A stretch of 30,245 bases of DNA from Prevotellaceae bacterium. Its GTDB lineage: Bacteria; Bacteroidota; Bacteroidia; Bacteroidales; UBA932. A program made the position numbers and the translations under genes. The stretch lies in assembly GCA_031279735.1 (NCBI GenBank), contig JAITHX010000122.1, positions 1 to 30,245 of the forward strand, given 5' to 3'. Shown piece after piece: positions 24,857 through 30,245 of the stretch (the stretch's first letter is position 1; the number at the start of each line of letters is the position of its first letter). The notes below the pieces were generated by a model. It worked only from the letters and a program-made list of their open reading frames with translations, was not told the origin of the DNA and made no database searches.

Positions 24857-25840
24857 GTGATTTTCGACAATATACGACGAAATCTCACGGCGATTTTCGT
24901 CTCCGCTTTCTTTGCTCTGGCTCTTTTCTGTTCTGTGACGCTGTTGGATATCCGGCAAAACGGAACGATAGACAGGGAATGGGCGTGCTCTGTCTTTTCC
25001 GGTCTGCCCGACTTCATTCCCGCAAACGCGAGCGTCGCCGTATCCATAGCGCTGCTGCTGCTGACCGGATTGCTGCTCTACAAAATCAACATGGAGCACC
25101 TTTCGGTCAAAAGCAGGGAACATCTGCTTGTCTTTCTGTGGATCATTCAGACGGGAGGATTCACCTTCCTGCATGTCCCGACCGAAGCGCATTTTGCGGC
25201 GATTTTCATCCTGTGTTCCTGCGACAGTCTGTTCCACATCAGCAAAAAGACCATAGGCTACAGCGAAGTCTTCATGTCGGCAATGTATCTCGGCTTGGCG
25301 AGCGTTTTCTGCAGCATAGCGGCATATCTGTTCGTTGCCTACATTATCGCCTTATACAGATTCAAGTACGTGACATTTCGCGACTGGGCGATTGCCGTTG
25401 TCGGATTCCTGATGCCGTTTTACTTTTCCTCTCTCGTGTCGTTTTTCGTTTCGGGCAGCTGGTCATATCCGATTCGCGTCACGCTGAGCAATCTCGTTCC
25501 CGAATTTCCGGTTGTGTTCCCCGATTTTTCGGCGATGCAGATAGTTTTCGTCACTCTCGTTCTTCTGCTGACTCTGGCGAAAATCCTGGCGGAAATGAAG
25601 TTCGGCGAGGGATTGAGTCAAAAGACTATTTCGTCGAACCTGATTTTCTCTATATTCCTGCTGTTTTCGGTTGTTCTGTTCGTTGTTTTCGCCTCGAAAA
25701 GCAAGTCGATACTCATGATAATATTCACCTTCGCCACCCCTCTGCTGCGAGTTCTGTTCGTAATCATCAAGAAGAATTTCCTCGCCAATTTGATATTCGC
25801 CATACTGGCGGCATGCTCGTTCGCCTGTCTGTTTTTCTGA
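24857..25840 (+). CDS. Multi-pass membrane protein of unknown function (DUF6427-like)
   Basis: 327 aa with about 9 hydrophobic segments filling the gap between the VOC gene and the ppdK promoter. Family name is recollection only. Confidence 0.65.
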   Translation: MIFDNIRRNLTAIFVSAFFALALFCSVTLLDIRQNGTIDREWACSVFSGLPDFIPANASVAVSIALLLLTGLLLYKINMEHLSVKSREHLLVFLWIIQTGGFTFLHVPTEAHFAAIFILCSCDSLFHISKKTIGYSEVFMSAMYLGLASVFCSIAAYLFVAYIIALYRFKYVTFRDWAIAVVGFLMPFYFSSLVSFFVSGSWSYPIRVTLSNLVPEFPVVFPDFSAMQIVFVTLVLLLTLAKILAEMKFGEGLSQKTISSNLIFSIFLLFSVVLFVVFASKSKSILMIIFTFATPLLRVLFVIIKKNFLANLIFAILAACSFACLFF

Positions 25841-25857
25841 ATCCCGAATTAATGTCG

Positions 25858-25865
25858 TACATTTG
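25858..25865 (+). promoter_or_regulatory. Bacteroidota -7 promoter element for ppdK
   Basis: TACATTTG 48 nt upstream of the ATG. Confidence 0.68.
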
Positions 25866-25913
25866 TCGCCGAAATTGACTTTATAATTAAAACATTTAAA
25901 ATATTCTACATAT

Positions 25914-28649
25914 ATGAGTTTAAAAAAGCGTGTGTATTTCTTCGGAAACAAAACAGCCGAAGGAAACGGAAAAATGAAAGAATTGCTCGGAGGAAAGGGC
26001 GCCAATCTGGCGGAAATGAATCTTATAGGTCTCCCCGTGCCTCCCGGCTTCACCATCACGACGGAAGTCTGCAACGAGTATTACATATACGGAGAGCAAA
26101 AAATCGTCGAACTTGTCAAACAGGAAGTCGAGGATGCCATGAAACAGGTGGAAAACACTGCGGGCGGTCCCAAATTCGCCGACAGCCTCAATCCCCTGCT
26201 CGTCTCGGTGCGCTCAGGCGCTCAGGCTTCGATGCCCGGAATGATGGATACCATCCTGAACCTCGGAATGAACGACGAGGTGGTCGAAATAATCGCCAAA
26301 AAAACGGCAAACCCGCGTTTTGCATGGGATTCGTATCGACGCTTCGTGCAGATGTACGGCGATGTGGTGCTCGGACTTAAACCCGTCAAAAAGGAAGACC
26401 ACGATCCTTTCGAAGTGATTATCGACGACATGAAAAAAAGCAAGGGCGTAACTCTCGATACCGAACTCTCCGCCGACGATCTTAAAGCTCTCGTGCAGCA
26501 ATTCAAAGCCGCCGTCAAGGAGAAAACCGGCAACGACTTCCCCTCCGACCCCTGGCAGCAGCTTTGGGGCGCAATCATGGCGGTGTTCAACAGCTGGATG
26601 AACGACCGCGCCATTCTCTATCGCAAAATGGAAGGCATCCCCGACGAATGGGGCACCGCCGTCAACGTTCAATCCATGGTGTTCGGCAACATGGGCGACA
26701 ATTCCGCCACCGGTGTGGGATTCTCGCGCGACGCCGCAACGGGCGAAGACCTCTTCGTGGGCGAATATCTCGTCAACGCTCAGGGCGAAGACGTGGTGGC
26801 GGGTATCCGCACCCCGCGGCAAATCACCAAAACCGGTTCGCAGCGCTGGGCTGTTCTCGCCGGCGTTGCGGAGAACGAGCGGAAAAGCAAATATCCCTCC
26901 ATGGAAGAGGCTTTCCCCGAAATCTATACCGAACTCGACGCCCTGCAAACCAAACTCGAAAACCATTACAGGGACATGCAGGACATGGAGTTCACCGTTC
27001 AGGAAGGAAAACTCTGGTTTCTGCAAACCCGCAGCGGCAAACGCACCGGCGCCGCAATGGTTAAAATAGCCGTGGACATGCTGCATCAGGGCATGATAGA
27101 CGAAAAAACAGCCCTCCTGCGAATCGACCCCAACAAACTCGACGAACTGCTGCACCCCGTCTTCGATAAAAACGCAATGAAGCAAGCCGTCGTCATAGCC
27201 AAAGGACTGGCCGCCTCGCCCGGCGCCGCATCGGGAAAAATAGTGTTCAATGCCGACGACGCCGCCGACCGCGCTCTCAATAAAAAGGAAAAAGTCATCA
27301 TGGTACGCCTCGAAACCTCGCCCGAAGACCTTGCGGGAATGGCTGCCGCCGAAGGGATTCTCACGGCTCGCGGAGGAATGACCTCCCACGCCGCAGTCGT
27401 GGCTCGCGGCATGGGCAAATGCTGCGTATCGGGCGCGGGAACCCTGAAAATCGACTACCGCGCCAAAACCATGGAAGCGAACGGGAAAGTGTTCAAAGAA
27501 GGCGATTACCTGTCTATCAACGGTTCCAACGGAGAAATCTACGAAGGGCAAGTCGCGACGAAAGAAGCCGAACTCGACGAAAATTTCGCCGAACTCATGT
27601 CGCTCGCCGACAAATACACCGAAATGAAGGTGCGCACCAACGCCGACACTCCCAACGACGCCGCCGTCGCTCGCCGCTTCGGAGCCTCCGGCATAGGACT
27701 GTGCCGCACCGAACACATGTTCTTTGAAGGCGAAAAAATCAAAGCCATGCGCGAAATGATTCTCGCCGAAAATTCCGAAGGACGACGCAAAGCTCTGGAA
27801 AAAATACTGCCCTATCAGCAGGAGGACTTTGAAGGCATATTCGAAGCCATGAACGGACTGCCCGTCACCGTGCGGCTGCTCGACCCCCCGCTGCACGAAT
27901 TTGTTCCCCACGAAACCAAAGGACAGGAAGAGCTGGCGGAAGCAATGGGCGTTGACGCGAAAACAGTGAAACAGCGCGTCGATGCGCTGCACGAACAAAA
28001 CCCCATGCTGGGACATCGCGGAGCGCGACTGGGCAACACCTATCCCGAAATCACCGAAATGCAAGCCCGCGCAATTCTGGGCGCGGCACTGAATCTGAAG
28101 AAAAAAGGCATAGTTGCCGTTCCCGAAATCATGGTGCCCCTCACCGGCATCCTCTACGAATTTCTCGAACAGGAAAAAATCATCAGAGCCACCGCCGCCA
28201 AACTCTTTGAAGAAAGAAACGACAGCATAGACTTCACCGTAGGAACAATGATAGAAATTCCGCGCGCCGCCCTCACCGCCGACCGCATCGCATCGGCAGC
28301 CGAATTTTTCTCGTTCGGAACAAACGATTTGACCCAGATGACTTTCGGATACTCGCGCGACGACATCGCATCCTTCCTGCCCGTGTATCTCGAAAAGAAA
28401 ATCCTCAAATTCGACCCCTTCCAAGTGCTCGACCGCAAAGGCGTCGGTCAGCTCGTGAAGATGGCAGTAGAAAAAGGGCGCGCCATTCGTCCGGAACTCA
28501 AATGCGGCATCTGCGGAGAACACGGAGGCGAACCCTCCTCAGTGGAATTTTGCCACAGCGTTGGACTCGACTACGTGAGCTGTTCGCCATATCGAGTGCC
28601 GATAGCCAGAGTTGCCGCCGCTCAAGCCGCAATCAAAGAAAAACGATAA
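25914..28649 (+). CDS. ppdK: Pyruvate, phosphate dikinase
   Basis: GGKGANLAEM, PLLVSVRSGA, GGMTSHAAVVARG (phospho-His), GIGLCRTEHMF, SFGTNDLTQ and CGEHGG. Confidence 0.98.
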   Translation: MSLKKRVYFFGNKTAEGNGKMKELLGGKGANLAEMNLIGLPVPPGFTITTEVCNEYYIYGEQKIVELVKQEVEDAMKQVENTAGGPKFADSLNPLLVSVRSGAQASMPGMMDTILNLGMNDEVVEIIAKKTANPRFAWDSYRRFVQMYGDVVLGLKPVKKEDHDPFEVIIDDMKKSKGVTLDTELSADDLKALVQQFKAAVKEKTGNDFPSDPWQQLWGAIMAVFNSWMNDRAILYRKMEGIPDEWGTAVNVQSMVFGNMGDNSATGVGFSRDAATGEDLFVGEYLVNAQGEDVVAGIRTPRQITKTGSQRWAVLAGVAENERKSKYPSMEEAFPEIYTELDALQTKLENHYRDMQDMEFTVQEGKLWFLQTRSGKRTGAAMVKIAVDMLHQGMIDEKTALLRIDPNKLDELLHPVFDKNAMKQAVVIAKGLAASPGAASGKIVFNADDAADRALNKKEKVIMVRLETSPEDLAGMAAAEGILTARGGMTSHAAVVARGMGKCCVSGAGTLKIDYRAKTMEANGKVFKEGDYLSINGSNGEIYEGQVATKEAELDENFAELMSLADKYTEMKVRTNADTPNDAAVARRFGASGIGLCRTEHMFFEGEKIKAMREMILAENSEGRRKALEKILPYQQEDFEGIFEAMNGLPVTVRLLDPPLHEFVPHETKGQEELAEAMGVDAKTVKQRVDALHEQNPMLGHRGARLGNTYPEITEMQARAILGAALNLKKKGIVAVPEIMVPLTGILYEFLEQEKIIRATAAKLFEERNDSIDFTVGTMIEIPRAALTADRIASAAEFFSFGTNDLTQMTFGYSRDDIASFLPVYLEKKILKFDPFQVLDRKGVGQLVKMAVEKGRAIRPELKCGICGEHGGEPSSVEFCHSVGLDYVSCSPYRVPIARVAAAQAAIKEKR

Positions 28650-28682
28650 ATCACTTTTTCATATAAATATACTATTAAAGAT

Positions 28683-28707
28683 GGCTGCCGGAACGGCAGC
28701 CTTTTTT
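28683..28707 (+). terminator. Rho-independent terminator of ppdK
   Basis: GGCTGCCG-GAA-CGGCAGCC 8-bp stem followed by TTTTTT. Confidence 0.9.
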
Positions 28708-28773
28708 ATTGGTGCGATTTCATTGCGACGCCAAAATGTCCGTGAAAAATTCACGGATATTCATTTTTTATCG

Positions 28774-28781
28774 TAACTTTG
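28774..28781 (+). promoter_or_regulatory. Bacteroidota -7 promoter element for the ATPase gene
   Basis: TAACTTTG(CA) 32 nt before the ATG at 28814; supports that start over 28709. Confidence 0.72.
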
Positions 28782-28813
28782 CAACCGATATTAACAACAT
28801 TAATATTTATGTT

Positions 28814-30121
28814 ATGTTACTTAGATTTAAGATAAAGAACTTCCTCTCGTTTTGCGAAGAAACGGTATTCGACATGTTTCCAAATACTAAACGCGAGAAA
28901 TTCACCAGCCATATTTACGCAAACATGGAAGTTCCGCTATTGAAACAAGCCGCCGTTTACGGGGCTAACGGTTCCGGCAAATCGAACTTCATCAAAGCCA
29001 TGTCTTTCCTGCGCGAGTTCGTCACGCGCGAAAACTTTCTCGAAAGCATTGATGTGCACGACTACTTTTTTCAATTGACGAATAAAAAACTGTCGGTCAT
29101 TTCCCTTGAGATTGAGTTTTTTCATGCCGGCGGATATTACATTTACGGTGTTGAAGCCGGAAAAAAAAACGTATCGGAAAAACTGATGATTTCGGGATTG
29201 GGCAAGTCGGAGGACAAACTGCTTTTCGAGCGAAAGGGCAATAAGATCAAGTCCCCGTATTTACAGAACGAAGATTCGGCGAAACAGTTATTGTCCATGA
29301 ATCCGCAGTCTTCGTTATTGTTTCTGAACTCGCGATTTCCCGTATTGTCAAATGAAGACGTAAAAAAGGTGTATGCATGGTTTTCAAAATATTTGGAAAT
29401 AATTTCAATTAACAGTGAAATTCCCGCCCTGATAAGCCTGCTGTATGGAAACCCCGAACTGTTGCGTTTCGCCAATAAGGTTTTCGACTGTATCGGAATT
29501 GGAATCAAAAGTATGGGAATAAGTAGCGTTCCTTTTGAAGAATGGGCTGTCGGGGCAAAAAATGCAAATGAACTGGAGCAGATCGTCGGCATGAATCGGG
29601 GACAATCCGACGGAACCGTATCGCAGTTGAAAAACAAGAGAAACATATTGAATGTAACCATTCAAAACGGACTAAAAACAGTGCAGGAATTACTGTTCGA
29701 CCAGTTGGGACAATCGGGTTACAGCAAGAAAATGAAGATATCCGCTCAATCGGATGGAACAGTACGACTGTTGACGCTTGTTCCGGCTCTGTATTTCGCC
29801 ATGCATGAACGAAAAGTAGTCCTTATCGACGAAATAGACAACAGCATTCACCCCAACTTGACGTTCGAACTGATACGGTTCTATGCCGATAACGAATCAA
29901 ACGGACAGCTGATTTTCACAACGCATACGACGAAATTAATGAACCAGCAAGAATTACTTCGCCCCGACGAGATCTGGCTGACCGAAAAATCCGAAGGAAG
30001 CACGAAAATGTTTTCGCTGAACGATTTCAGACTGCATAATACGTTGAATATTGAAAATGGCTATTTGGACGGTCGTTATGGTGCCGTTCCCGTCATTGAA
30101 CCGAGTATGGGGGATGTATGA
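28814..30121 (+). CDS. ABC-type AAA_21 ATPase (RloA/AbiLi-like)
   Basis: MLLRFKIKNFLSF start, Walker A GANGSGKS, signature SDGT.RL, Walker B LIDEIDNSIHP, H-loop QLIFTTH, and C-terminal GYLDGRYGAVP. Confidence 0.88.
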   Translation: MLLRFKIKNFLSFCEETVFDMFPNTKREKFTSHIYANMEVPLLKQAAVYGANGSGKSNFIKAMSFLREFVTRENFLESIDVHDYFFQLTNKKLSVISLEIEFFHAGGYYIYGVEAGKKNVSEKLMISGLGKSEDKLLFERKGNKIKSPYLQNEDSAKQLLSMNPQSSLLFLNSRFPVLSNEDVKKVYAWFSKYLEIISINSEIPALISLLYGNPELLRFANKVFDCIGIGIKSMGISSVPFEEWAVGAKNANELEQIVGMNRGQSDGTVSQLKNKRNILNVTIQNGLKTVQELLFDQLGQSGYSKKMKISAQSDGTVRLLTLVPALYFAMHERKVVLIDEIDNSIHPNLTFELIRFYADNESNGQLIFTTHTTKLMNQQELLRPDEIWLTEKSEGSTKMFSLNDFRLHNTLNIENGYLDGRYGAVPVIEPSMGDV

Positions 30122-30245
30122 GAAGCTACGAAAAATCCAGTCCTGAAAAACCTGCTGCTGAACCGATACGACGAATAGCGGCACCCGATAAAGATAACGT
30201 CATCGTTAAAATAAAAGATGCGGGTCAGGGTTTAAGGAAGGAAGA
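30118..30245 (+). CDS. 5' fragment of a gene translationally coupled to the ATPase (possibly RloB/AbiLii-like); truncated by the window end
   Basis: ATGA overlap with the ATPase stop and an open frame MRSYEKSSPEKPAAEPIRRIAAPDKDNVIVKIKDAGQGLRKE to the edge. Identity inferred from context only. Confidence 0.5.
   Translation, partial: MRSYEKSSPEKPAAEPIRRIAAPDKDNVIVKIKDAGQGLRKE

Noticed and set aside
26214-28523. 769-aa minus-strand ORF
   Set aside because: Antisense shadow of the strongly codon-biased ppdK.

Overview
Bacteroidota (probably Bacteroidales) chromosomal segment; every supportable gene is on the + strand. From left to right: a complete heme-utilisation operon in the order hmuR-hmuY-hmuS-hmuT-hmuU-hmuV; a LiaF-like membrane protein plus a membrane-anchored LytTR regulator; a patchwork cluster argC-argG-mreD-agmatinase-metA-hisA; about 1.9 kb of non-coding DNA; a GH25 muramidase; parA-parB-DUF5683-mltD; a VOC protein; a membrane protein; ppdK; and an AT-richer ABC/AAA_21 ATPase with a translationally coupled partner cut by the window edge (AbiL/RloAB-like defence candidate). 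The most unusual content is intergenic. Several repeat vocabularies (7-, 9-, 10-mer arrays and a CACCGC-N3-GCGGTG REP-like core) follow one design: an array, a short loop, then the inverted array. They start at or within a few bases of stop codons, bracket the hmu operon, and culminate in an about 870-bp inverted duplication. No cognate transposase or nuclease gene is in the window. Four genes also carry in-frame 12-bp tandem expansions. All calls are by eye from motifs; no database search was run.
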